A stretch of 64,000 nucleotides of DNA from Ylistrum balloti (lineage: Eukaryota): contig NW_026782173.1 of the NCBI RefSeq assembly GCF_031769215.1, forward strand, positions 310,001 through 374,000, in the 5' to 3' direction. The position numbers were made by a program, and so were the translations under genes. The notes below the pieces were generated by a model. That model worked only from the letters and a program-made list of their open reading frames with translations. It was not told the origin of the DNA and ran no database searches. Positions 47,678 through 61,213 of the stretch are shown here, one piece after another (positions within the stretch are counted from its first letter, which is position 1; each line of letters begins with the position of its first letter).

Positions 47678-49614
47678 CTGCAAGGAAGGAGAATAAGAGA
47701 ATGGTAACGTCTTAACATAGTCATAGTGAAACGATTCCGAACTCCCTGCACTCCTGTTAGTATCGTGTCTGATGTGTCGGGACGTATGTTAATTCAAACA
47801 AATAATTAAGGCCAGTTCTATACATTGAAAATTGCATCTGTTACTTCAAAAAGTATTTATAAGATCCACATGTGTCTAGTAATCCATCGCGTGATGAAAA
47901 CACCAACAAACATCCAATCTTCTAAATATACATGTATTTACAACAGAAGTGAAAGCAAATGTCGTTTAGTTCCACAACGGTAACATTTGATTTTTCAATT
48001 TTGATTCCTAAGGCCTTTGTGGTTGGAAAGACTGCCGGTATGAGAACAGCGCGTATGTTCCGGTAATACTTCTATATCCCATATAGTTCAATAGAGTTCA
48101 CATCACTTTTTCATTCTAAATATCCAAAAATGTTTGCACACTATACATAAACCCATCCGGGAAGGACTTTTCTGAGTAACTAAATCGTTCATCACACACT
48201 CGTATACGTGCTAGCTGGTGTTTTATCAAGATTTATAATCCCGCTGTAAGTAAGATACACAAAAGTTTTCATAGTTGTCATAGCCACACTGATACACCCC
48301 GCTATCAAAAAGTAGTGAACTTTAATCCAGCGAACGGGCAGTCCGGGCAGTTTAAAACACCCAAGTTATAACAAGTAATTGAGTAAATGTATTGAAATCA
48401 CAACAGAAAACTCAACATACACGAGCGAACGCCTACAAGAACATGTCTGCCGTGTCCAAGTCTGCAGAGTTCTCTCATTGATTTCACTAACCGGTATGCT
48501 AGTTCTAAGAGCTAGAGGATCACAGAGGATTAACGGTCGAGTTTTATCCACTTTCAGCAGCTGCTATTGTCAGCTCGTTCGTCGTCTTTGAGAAGTTTTT
48601 AAATCCTTTAAGATCATTGGTTTAATACGTCACGGAACCGTTCGCACTTTGAAGGTGATGTCAGAGTCTCTACTTGCGGGAATTAACACGATTTAATGAC
48701 AGCATGAAAAATGCACGTGAGCTTTATCTATATAAGCTTACTTATACCGTAAAAAGCGCTTGATTGAAAACATTTGAAAATTAATGTTTTTTATTCAAAA
48801 AGCCACAAATCAACAGGAAATTTAAGATTTCCGTAAAAATCCATCAACGATGTAGTTAAAGAATTTTAGATACTAATGAAACACACGCAACTAACATCGG
48901 GAAACGACAGTAAAAAATCCGGAAAAAACTCAATAATTATTCAGCATGATCCACTTGAAAGTAAGGATGGAATCGATGGCGTGAGACGCTGTACTGTTTG
49001 TATGTTGACTCGGCTACAACAGCTACACGCCTTACTCAATATTGCAGTAATTAAAGTAAAATAAAACTGACCAAGGCGACTGGTGGTGTGATCGATCAAT
49101 AGCGAAAGGGAGTGTAGTGTTTTCTCTATATTACAACTTTATGCTACACTCAACCGTCCTTATTGAGTCGACATCATACAATGTCAACGACAACGATTTT
49201 ATTCTCATATATGTATGCATTGTAGAAAATTAAACACAGGATTAAATTATAATAATCTACATATGCTTACTATGCAAGGTACTGATTAAAGAGTTAAGTC
49301 GATCACACGAATGTACCAGGTACATTATCACCTTTCTGTACAAATACGTCATACTCAACTGCACCATATGCATGTATTTACATGTATTCTCTCTTTGCAC
49401 ATCCAAGCCAAATTCAAATGTATCACGCGCATGTACCTGTTCTGTGCACGTGCACTTCCATTTCAAACATTTGCACTACTTGCAACTTTTACCCTTCCGT
49501 CATATACAAATGTGCATGTACCACGTACATGTACCACGTACATGTACCCGATCGTTTTACAACTTCATCACAAACGACAGTACATTATACAGGTAACAAG
49601 TCATGCATGCATGT

Positions 49615-50783
49615 TCCTCCTAAATGTAACCATCATTTGTACACTAACGGCATACACATATTTACCATGTTCTGCAAATGTAACCATCCTTTGTACACTA
49701 ACGGCATACACATATTTACCACGTTCTGTAAATATAACCATCCTTTGTACACTAACGTCATACACATCTTCACTATGTACTGTAAAAGTAATCATCCTTT
49801 GTACACTAACGCCATACACAAATGTACTATGTACTGTAAAAGTAATCATCCATTGTACACTAACGCCATACACAAATGTACTATGTACTGTAAAAGTAAT
49901 CATCCTTTGTACACTAACGCCATACACAAATGTACTATGTACTGTAAAAGTAATCATCCATTGTACACTAACGCCATACACAAATGTACTATGTACTGTA
50001 AAAGTAATCATCCATTGTACACTAACGCCATACACAAATGTACTATGTACTGTAAAAGTAATCATCCATTGTACACTAACGCCATACACAAATGTACTAT
50101 GTACTGTAAATCCATTGTACACTAACGCCATACACAAATGTACCATGTACTGTAAAAGTAATCATCCATTGTACACTAACGCCATACACAAATGTACTAT
50201 GTACTGTAAAAGTAATCATCCATTGTACACTAACGCCATACACAAATGTACTATGTACTGTAAAAGTAATCATCCATTGTACACTAACGCCATACACAAA
50301 TGTACTATGTACTGTAAAAGTAATCATCCATTGTACACTAAGTACACAAATGTACTATGTACCATCCATTGTACACTAACGCCATACACAAATGTACTAT
50401 GTACTGTAAAAGTAATCATCCATTGTACACTAACGCCATACACAAATGTACTATGTACTGTAAAAGTAATCATCCATTGTACACTAACGCCTGTAAAAGT
50501 AATCATCCATTGTACACTAACGCCATACACAAATGTACCATGTACTGTAAAAGTAATCATCCATTGTACACTAACGCCATACACAAATGTACTATGTACT
50601 GTAAAAGTAATCATCCATTGTACACTAACGCCATACACAAATGTACTATGTACTGTAAAAGTAATCATCCATTGTACACTAACGCCATACACAAATGTAC
50701 TATGTACTGTAAAAGTAATCATCCATTGTACACTAACGCCATACACAAATGTACTATGTACTGTAAAAGTAATCATCCATTGT
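49615..50783. repeat. 54-bp minisatellite, about 21 copies, diverged at the left end
   Basis: Unit TGTACACTAACGCCATACACAAATGTACTATGTACTGTAAAAGTAATCATCCAT. It accounts for the ORF-track entries at 49311-50896. Confidence 0.96.
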
Positions 50784-53700
50784 ATGCAGATTGGTACACT
50801 TACGTCATGATTTGTGTTGTAGAGCCACCATAAAAGATAAGAGAGAAACAAATTGTTCGCTCCTGGAAACTGCCTTGCAGTATATTTAAGATACATTTCG
50901 TTTTTGTTATGGCTTCATGAAAATGATTCAAATCTTATGATTCTATTTGTGTTATTATAACGTACGACTTGTTACATGTATTTTCTCTAGCCAGTATTTT
51001 TTTTCATTGAAATTGTACCACGCAGATGTAAAAGTCAATTAAAAACGATGTGAGAAAACAATGACGTCACTGTTATAATTTATCAGATGATGCATAGAAA
51101 CGCTTTTTGAGCTGAAATAGAATAATTTAGTTTTAACTACATGATCACTTTTGACGTTAAGTATTTGTATAGCCGGAACTTGTAGAGATTACTCTCTGGT
51201 ATTTGTGAAATAGTTATATGTGATTTTCTTTAAAGATCTCTTTCCTTTTATCAATTAAGCACATCAAAAACAATGTAGTTCAAAATGACGTAACTGTAAT
51301 TTAATATGCTGATGAAATAAAAAAAATGTATAAATAGATTTTTAAAAACTGAGTGAAATGGTGACATAAGATTGCTCTGCAATTCCTGACGTTTACAACA
51401 TTATGAGGAAACTAATTTAAAACTAATCTCTCCAAAGTAAGACGAAACATCCCTCTCTTGTGCTGGATTTGCTCATATCGAACTAGTTTTGTCTATGTCA
51501 AGAGCTTTGAGATACATTCTCGCCCTAAGCACGACACTTCTTTATTAAATCTGAAACGCCATCTTTAGATAGCAAATGAACATTCATACTACATTTTCAT
51601 ACTTCTGGATCGCTTTAAGGACTGATCTTGTGTCAAGATTTGATCATAATCTCGAATGCATTACATCATACAGATTCACACACATAGTGGGAAAAAGCAT
51701 GTTAGGAATATTAGCTGAATATCGTTAGGTTTCGTAATATCCAGTAACACGAGTAGTCACGTGCTTCACACCACTATCCCTGTATAATCTCCTTCTGTGT
51801 TAACCCTACAATCATTATGGTGCGACGGATGATTTTAAAGCGAGTTTTCTCGACGCTAAAGGAAAGAACTTTTTCTTCCTGCTAGCTTTTGGTTTTAAGG
51901 TTTAAAGTCATCCATAGGTTTTTAGTTTCGTATCTATTTTATCAAATTATCAAATTTACACAATTTGCACATTAACAAACGCAGTACGTCAAGCTAATAT
52001 TGACATCACCTGTCATTAACAGTTAGAATTACTTTTATGACACGATTCTAAGGTATAAGACTTTTTTTTTATTTCGCATAGCAGTTTGGCGAGGAAAAAT
52101 AATCTCGGTTAAGAAACAATACAAAATAAAAAATGAATAAATAAAAATAATAATAATAAAAAAATAAATAATTAAGAAAACCCCTAAGATAATAGGATCA
52201 TGACATGACATCTAAAAGGAAACGAAGGTCAGATTCTGTTTGTCACATAACTCAGATATTTTGGAAACATTCTCTCTTTATCAAAGGATGGCGGCTTGTT
52301 AAACAGAAAGGAGAATGTGATACTGTGCTGCTTAATAACAGTAGGAGACCAAAACAATTACGTCCGTCCTTGTCATCTTATGGAAAGTTTCGAATTTCTT
52401 GACGTCAAATACCCACACGTCGTGATTCTGTTACTGTACCTGTTTTGATCCTGACGGAGATATCGCGTTGTTGACGATATTGAATTCTTTCTACGTAGCT
52501 CATGTTCTTCCAAAAATTGGCGGATTTTTTTTCAGGTAAGTAATCTGGTGTCTTATATCGCCAGTCAGAAGCCTTGACAGGGCATGATCTGTGCGTATTA
52601 CATTCATATGCATTGCTTCACATGAAGTACATGTGCATGTCGGATTCATTTGTATTCAATGTTCAGTCACAGGAATTCCTTGAATATGTCATCCTTTTCA
52701 TGCTTTGTTGTTTCAAAAGGTTTGTAACAATGCTTAAGATAAGAAGCTGACTTAGCCGTTCACTAATCAATAGACAGAGACGAAAAGTAATTGGTGTTTC
52801 CGTAACTCTACGGTATTATGTTTTTTTGCCAACCCAATCATTCACTGGAGTATTGTCTATAATTTGCCTTGCAATATAAACATACATACTAAATCAACCA
52901 TTTCCACTGATAACCAAACCACCGTCCGACATATAAGGAATTAATCGGCATGCAGAGGATGAATGATTGGGCCAGTTTCGTTAATAGCGGTGATGGAACA
53001 CGTACATATACAATACAGACATTCACCATAAACTGTATCAAGAAATCGATTAACTACACATATGGTCAACAAATATTTCACAGCTGTGTTTTCAGTTGCT
53101 ATAGCATCACCAGACGGTTCTATCATACTTGAACTATTGTGAAAAAACTTTATTGTTTAACAGCATAACGACAATTAGTACGTTATTTAACGCCTAAACG
53201 ACATTGACATGATCGACTTTGCAGAATAGCCATGTGCTAAATGTCTCCTGAGGTTTTTATAAGTAGAAAAAATGGAGAGATAATAGGAATATAATACCAA
53301 TGTTACACAAACGTTTCATGTACATGTGTTTTTCAAGAAAATCTAAAATGTTATCTTGTTTTCTTTTTGAAAATCACAATGTTTATAATTTGGAAATGGC
53401 CCTGTATTCACATCGAAATTCAAATAACCATTGGTGACGAAAACGGAAAACGTATTTTCTTTTCATATTCTCTTCATATTTATATCCAAGTGCTTATAGA
53501 ATATAATTTTCCAATGATCACATCATCTCCGGCTCTAGATTTCTACAGTTCTTCGATGAATTTTAGTTTTCCTTGGACGCCTCCTCGGTTTTATGTTCTT
53601 ACAATTATTGAAGAAACATATAAGGACGAAACAGCTGTATGATGAAGTTTGATTCATTATTTGGCTGTATTTAATGTTAAATTTGTATAGAAATGCTATT

Positions 53701-55517
53701 TACATGTATTACATTTGTACAATCCATTGCAATTGATATAATTTATCGGTATGTGAGAGCTTTACCCGCAGTAAATATGGCTCTGTATGGACCCTTTTCA
53801 ATTGATACCAGTTGATAAGTCTGAAAACTGTTTCGAATCAAGCACCAGGAACTCCGTGAAAAATGGCCAAAGGCATCGGACAACTGATTGCAGATGAAAC
53901 TATATTAGAAAGCTAAATTTACAAATACTCAAATATCATTTCGCGCTGCCTTCCTATCTAAAAAAAATCCCCAAAAATCAAAATAAAAAAAAAAAAAAAA
54001 AAAAAATTAATTAAAAACTAAATGTTTGTAAGCAATTTCACTTGCTTTGGGAACAATACTTTAAGGGTTAATGGGAAAATAAATTTTAATAGTCTGCTCA
54101 AACTGCATGTAGTACGGAAAGGTCGTGACTGGAACTTTGTTATAAAGGTATGTGGTAAAATCCCCAAAGGTATAGAAACATACGAGACATCAACATCTAA
54201 TCGAGTTATTATGCGTGGAATGGAGATATATCCTTAGGGCAGAATCCTACTGTATAACTTAAACTTGTGAAAACAGTGTGCCTCATCGAGCACAATCAAC
54301 AGTAAACAAAATTATTTCACCACAACAGATTCAGGCTGAGATATGACGCACGTTTCGGACAGTGTTGTGACGTACATTTATAATAGGGCAATTGTAAATA
54401 TTTTCGTAGCGTGATCGCAATCTTAATACAAATCGTTTATCGGGCGCTATTAAAGTAGTAAGGTTTATATCAATACTCTCTACATCTTTATCCTCACTCA
54501 CGCAATATGTTTGTCCTGTTTGAGTCTGTGAGAATTTCCTCACTTCACGATTAATGCCATATACTCTAACAGTTATCAATGAGTTGTGTTGGATTGCTGT
54601 CTTCCGGACATACTGTATGTACTGTACTATGGTTTTAAGTTAATACTGATATTAATTTGGAAAGATTCGACTTTTTCACATTTATAAACATTTAATTACT
54701 ACATTTATTTTATACATCATAGAATATTACTTTTTTATTCACGTCGTGGCACACAACACGTTTCGAAGGCATCATGACAGGAGAGACAAAATAAGCAAGA
54801 GCTTTGTGTGCTGCAGGTCCTCTATAATTACACCTATAACTGAATCAACCAAGTACACGTATTGCTAAATTTACATTGGCGAAGGTCAAAAGGACAAAAC
54901 TATAAGACAATTTTATTATCAGAAGGCAGTTGCTAAATATTTCATATACTGACGTCTGTTGACTAAAGGCTACGACTGAATACTTTGTTTGGAATACTAT
55001 GTTTTATCAAACATTTATGATGACAGAAATTAACAATGAAATCACATATGTTGTCACCATGATCTCTATGGGAAATATACATCCCGGTGTGATAATAAGC
55101 TGGATTTGTTTAATGTTCTTTTATAAAAGTGTGCCAAGCGGTTTTGTTGTTGTTAAATGTGACTCATTTGAGAGCATGACACTATACTGGACAAGACTTA
55201 TATGATAGGTGTCCTTGATTAAGCAGACAACAACCTTCCGAAACATCTGGTTTTATTCTTGTACATTTTTCAAGGATCTATTTATAAATCTTTCTTTCGT
55301 TCGTATGTCCCCCATTTCCAATCAAGTAACATGTCGGTATTTTATTCTATTCCTGTATTTAATTGTACCGTTCACTGAAATGGGGCTCTCGCTCATAAGA
55401 CTAGACTTTCAGGCAAAGTTCGTGTACGGAACTAAAGATAAACAATAGAGGTAAGCATTTACTTTTCTGTCAAACATGTCTGTTTACGTGCCACATGGCG
55501 ACTAGACGGCATTTATA

Positions 55518-55737
55518 GGTGTATGTGGTACCATCAACGCGCTCACCTTTCACCTCGACGTTCGGGGTTCGATTCCCTGACGTGAAAGGTATTTGTCACA
55601 TGCCTGACCACGTGGGTTTTCCCCGGGTAGTCCGGTTTCCTCTCACATGAAGTACCCTTCCATCCGGGTCAACAAGAGTGACTAATATCAGTTGAAAAAA
55701 CTTGTTTCGCAATTGTTGTAAAATGAATAAAGTTTCA
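55518..55737 (+). mobile_element. tRNA-derived SINE (V-domain-like core), copy 3
   Basis: Box B GGGGTTCGATTCCC, then GTGGGTTTTCCCCGGGTAGTCCGGTTTCCTCTCAC...CAACAAGAGTGACTAATAT...AATTGTTGTAAAA. It is the reverse complement of copies 1 and 2. Confidence 0.8.
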
Positions 55738-57479
55738 AGCAATGTTGGATTACCTAAAGGCCAATGGGCAACTAATGAGGCAACAGTGTTCGTCTCGCAG
55801 TGTCGAAGCACAGCTTGGACTTTCTTTGGAGGCCCAATGAAAAACGTCACATATATACATGCATGTGAATCGTATACGCTGAATTCGATACATGTGTAAA
55901 CAATTCCATCGGAGGCAGTGGGATCTTCGATCACAGGGTCATTTATTGACGTCAAGGTAACAGAAAGCATCGGAAGTGAACAGATCTGGAAATGCAATCT
56001 TTGTTAAAAGCGGAAGTGAACACAAATTTGTAATACATAACTACCGTGGCATGCTTTTAAAAGTAATTTGACGTCGGAACTGCCCTATTCAATTGCTCCC
56101 AGGCAATACCTACACACACGAAGTTACAGTGTTAGCTTAGTCTCAACTCTAGAATTGCTCGATCAATGCCAATCACAGCTAGTAAATAGGCAGCCGCTAA
56201 AAACTACGTCGACATACGCACCGTGCATAACGGTCTCGACCTAAGACATCGATTCCCAAGCTTTATCTAAAAACAGCCGACATCTTCACCGTATACTTTT
56301 CTTGATAAACCCGTACTCTCTCCGAAGGACGCGTCACAAGGACATGGTGTCAAGATAAATTATCGGTTAATACATTATTAGTGTAGTAATAGCTATTTTA
56401 TTGTCCGGTTGTGGATGTCGTCGGGACCACGTTGTACATTTTCTGTATATAGTGTTCGGTCACATTCCACGCGTGAGTTAGGTATGTACATGAGTCTCAG
56501 TAACATTCTGTGATTTTTTAAATTCGTATCAATATTTTGTTAAAAATTAACAAACAAATATTATATTTATATAAAGACATTAAATGTGCATTTGGCAACG
56601 TTTTTTTTTATTTATATATTTTATAAAATTTCCTTGAATTTGTTCGCTTGTTCGCGATTATTTGTATTGGTTTTTGCTATTTGATTACTTTCTGATGGAT
56701 ATGAAGTGTAATTGAAATACACATCTTCCCCCCCCCCCCTCCCCCACCCCCCCCCACCAAAAAAACCCCCAAAGCAACACCATATATGATTTTGTACTTG
56801 TTTTCTCGTATGCAATTTGAACTTTAACCCTAAAAAATCTATTAAAAAACTACACACAGATTATACTTATTTTAAATTAATCGAAATATCTGTACGAATG
56901 TTTCTTCATTTAATGTAAAACATGTGTACTGTGGAAGTTATCTAGTATAATCCCATTCTGTGTGATCCTGCCATTGTCTTTGTAGTATCATCTGAATACT
57001 GATATCAACAATTATTCTCGGAAATAACACTATTGGTACCTATTGTAACACATTTATCACTTACGAGCTTTTTATATTCTACAGGAAAATTCTATAATAT
57101 GGCTTTTGTTTTAAAACAAAGCTCTATAATGAGCTTAGGGCGATGTCGAAGACGGGCCGCTGGAGATAATATATCCCAGGCGCCTTTGATGGGAATTTGG
57201 TTATGAATTCTCCAGACTTTACTAAATATTTGATTCCAGGGAGACAAGCCATGTTGCCACAGAGAACACGTAGTTGTTTCTGGTTTCAGAATTACTATCT
57301 ATTGATAGATAATGACATGCATTAGCGAGCACAATCTTGAAAGCATGAGAAATTACACATAGAATACAGGGTTATAAACTCGTTAGTTTTAATGTTCTTT
57401 AGAGCTACTTGTTGCTCATAGCAAACATCACTGGAACAACCTTTATATGAACATTAACAAACCTTTATTTAGCAGACAG

Positions 57480-57950
57480 TCACAACCTTGACATTAACAC
57501 AATACTGATACATCCGTAACACATTGACGACGGCTTTACACAACAATGACGCTAATGTCACAGCCTAAACACAACACTGAAATAATCTTTACACAAAACG
57601 GACTTTTAACCAACCGGAAAAGCATTTTCACACACCATATCCTAAACTGATCCTATACACAATATGTATATAAACTTTACCAAAACACAGATATACGTTT
57701 AAACAGCATTCAAATAACTTTAACATACCACTGACATATCATTAACAGAACTAGGACAACACATGTATACCAAATGGAAATAATATTTACAGAACACGGA
57801 AATAATCCTTACATAACACGGATACAGCCTTTACACAACCTTTGTGTAACAATGACATATCCCTTACACAATAAGGCTAAAACCTTTACACAAAACGGAC
57901 ATAACTTCACACAACCTATGTACACAACATTGACACCATACCTCTATATG
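57480..57950. repeat. Degenerate AC-rich tandem repeat of about 20 bp
   Basis: Recurrent CTTTACACAA / ACACAACACTGA / ACGGAC motifs. Confidence 0.6.
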
Positions 57951-58044
57951 GTACTATCACAGTCGTTTCATTGAACGTATGCAATCCTCATGGAAATGAT
58001 ATATTTTACTCTTATGGTTCAGTTATATTACTAGTTTGGATAGA

Positions 58045-58140
58045 CACGGCAGATATCGGCGATGAAGCATGAAACGCTTACTCTTCCGGACCACTAATTG
58101 GGCTTATTCCCCTTGAACATTTTCAAGAGTGTCCTTGTAA
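58045..58140 (+). repeat. Dispersed repeat family, copy 5 of 5 (partial)
   Basis: GGCGATGAAGCATGAAACGCTTACTCTTCCGGACCAC...CTTATTCC...GAGTGTCCTTGTAA. Confidence 0.6.
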
Positions 58141-61100
58141 ATTTTTTGCCCATATTTTGCCCCCTGTTATCATTCGAGTTTAAGTTGAATATATCGATAT
58201 TTTATTTCAAGTGTCAACAGTTGAAGAATGGAAGATGTGCAAAACATTAACATCAGCTTGGAACATACTAATGTTCATAATGTAAAAAGTAATTTGTTCC
58301 GAGGTACTGGGAGTTGCCAATTTGCTAAATTACAAAACGGTGCGGAATATCTATTTAAAGACCATGATCAATTGCAAGAACTGTACCATAGAAAGACATC
58401 AATTGTATTTTGTATAACTTTCCCACTCAAGTAGATTGGCACTTTATTTTGATTTGTGCGTGTATAGAACATTTTCCCGAATGTGATATACAATAAAGAT
58501 ATAAAAATACATTTATAACAATTCGTACAAAACAGGATACAAATCCCCATCCCACTCTGTTACGCTTACGTTTTGTTTTATAAACATGTAATTGGACCCT
58601 AAGGAACTCTGTAGTGTTTATATATGCTCTGGAAAATTACAGTAGGTCTAGCACATAAAAGACCACGTGTTTGTTCGGTCTGTTTGTTCCTAATATTTAC
58701 CCCGTGTTCTGTATTCACACACTTGTATTAATTGCTATCAGCTGTTAAACATTGTCCTTTTATACTCCCTTAAGGGGAATTGAGTTGTTTATCTAAAACA
58801 ACTGACTGAAAAATTGAATTTACGCGATCACAGCCCCGGATAACACAACAAAGTTGGCGTCTCGTAGTACAAACCGTCCACAACATCGAAAGAAAACATC
58901 ACTTAAAACGCATTGTTGATTGTAATACGAAAAAAACCTGAGATATGACAATGTAAAAAGAGAAGAACCATCCATTAGTTCACAATGTCAAGGCAGTGAA
59001 GTCAATGCATCAACAGTACAAATAATGTCATTTATGGGAGTAGTATTACATATATATTTATCATGTATTTTTTATTAAGGCTTTTGTGTATATAATCACA
59101 TTGTGAATCAAACACTACAGACGTCATGGACAAGTCATATCGGAGTTTACAAACGCCACTAACAACACATATTGAAGTTAACATGATGCAGCTGACGCGA
59201 TCTTCAAGGGATTTTTCCTGCAAGACATCGACAACTGACAGGAAAATACGATTTCAGTTTCGAGAGATGCAGATTGATGAATATTATGGTTAAGCTGATG
59301 TAAACACTATTATCATCTGGAAAAGTGACATTACAAGATTGACCAATCACATGACGGGTACCATTCAGGAGCACAGCATCATACTTTTCTCCTATCCACG
59401 CAAAGTTTTCTTCTTCATACTTTGTCCTCGTTTTATTCAGTTTGAGTTTAAATGAAGTTTCTATTGATAACTCTATTTTGATTTTGTTATTGGACATCAC
59501 GTTCATGTAACTAATAGGTGGGTTCATTTTAAAAGAATAACAATTGTTCATGTTCAGTGTTTACGTCAATTTCAGTAATATTACAACCGATGAAATCAAG
59601 TTTAATTTTCATTTCTTTAACACGTAATGGCAGAATACGAAGGGTTTCTCCATGCGAACACGCGAGCTGTATCAAACGATCGCAATGAAAACATAACTAT
59701 AACACATGTCTAATGATAGTTCCATAAAACGACACCAGAACGTATATTGTACATAAGTAATGTATTGCAGTAACAAAGACTACAGTTGCTGTAGACTATC
59801 AAAATCATGTACCACTTCCTAGTCATAAATCCCTCCTATCTAACTGCAGCTTGCGATCTCTGGTTTCCAACGTTACTTATTTACGACCCATTAGCTCCTT
59901 TATGAAACAATATACAACGAAAATGGCGGAAGTTACCATGGAATCGAATCTGAAACTCAGCCTTTAGATATGCATTCTGATATGATTGGAAACTGATCCA
60001 TGGGACTAATTGTTGTGGAAGACCGTGGCTGACCGTGGTTAACATCAGTGTAGGGAGTGTAACCGACTGCCTCACATTCATCAAACAATCTGGATTGATG
60101 TAAAATTACGTAAATCATGATATTTATCACTGACCAACTCAAAACTATCATTACTTTCATTTTCCGCTCGGAAAAATAGCCCTCTACTATAAACCCATAA
60201 TACATGTGTAAGAGGCGAGCTTTCTGGAGCATAGCAATCCGTATTTAATCTAATAGAACATTCTTATAGCGAGAGAATGAAGGCTTAGTTCAGTTTAGCA
60301 AGGGATGTGGTAGTGTTCATAGAAAGAGAAATGTTTTTTTACGAAAAAGTGTAGACGATTGGTCAAAAACTCTTACTTGCTCAAAGATCACACACCAGTC
60401 ATTCATTTCACTTCTTGGGTAGTCATTATCACAAGCAAAAGTAGTCTTGTGACGTAGTTTTGATCATGATTAGCCTTGTTCCCCAAAATTATTTGAAATG
60501 GATATAAATTACAATTTTGTGGTCAATGTAAATTTAAAACAGGTATCTTTACTAAACTAGTTTTATTATAACGTATTTAGGGCGTTGTATTCAGAGTCGG
60601 GCAATGTGTAAAATCAATGATGAGAGGTGTGTTTCGTGTTGACTATGATATGAACAAAATCTAAGCAAAACACAACACAATTTGACATAGCAGGGAAATC
60701 GAGGAAAGTTTTGGTGACTTCCTCCTCATTGTGGACGAAATACTATGTTCATTCATAATCAGAATAGTACAGATTCCTTCTTTAGATATGAATCAAATAT
60801 CAATTGGTTGGGATAACAATGCTTTATACTTACTAAATAAATCGTTTTTGAAAATAAAACATTTCCTGAAAAACCTTGGTGTCTACGTCAGGTCATGTAA
60901 GGATTAAGGTTGTTTTGCAAACTACATATCTTAAAAATGGACATTTACGATGCTAAGCAAACTCAATTTAGTATCAAATCAGACAACAAAATCGCTTCGA
61001 ATCTCCGGCCTATGGACGCTATTACATGACGTGATAGGAAGGACACAGACACGATTCTTGTCGATCTTTTCATCACACATCTCCAGAGAGAACATCAACA

Positions 61101-61213
61101 TCTCTAGAATCGGGTCAGGTTCTGTCAAGAGAGCTACACTCGCTGCAGCAACTCACTTTTCACCAAACGTGGTATAAAATGTCGACAAGGTCAAAATCAG
61201 TCATAAAAAAGGA

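Noticed and set aside
49311-50810. 499-aa ORF as a real zinc-finger or repeat protein gene
   Set aside because: It is explained entirely by a 54-bp tandem unit without stops. Several frames on both strands are open, there is no unique domain, and it lies in an intron. Kept only as a low-probability lead.
54345-54780. Hammerhead ribozyme-like half motifs on - (CGAAAC-GTGC-GTC at 54345-54357; TGATG-CCTT-CGAAACGTG..CACGAC at 54738-54780)
   Set aside because: The first lacks any upstream CUGANGA. The second has a broken CUGANGA and lacks the U of the NUH cleavage triplet. Neither is a complete core. An Infernal scan would settle it.
55518-55600. tRNA gene
   Set aside because: Box B is present, but there is no full cloverleaf and it continues into a SINE body shared with two other copies. 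The same applies to 1030-1104 and 1264-1345.
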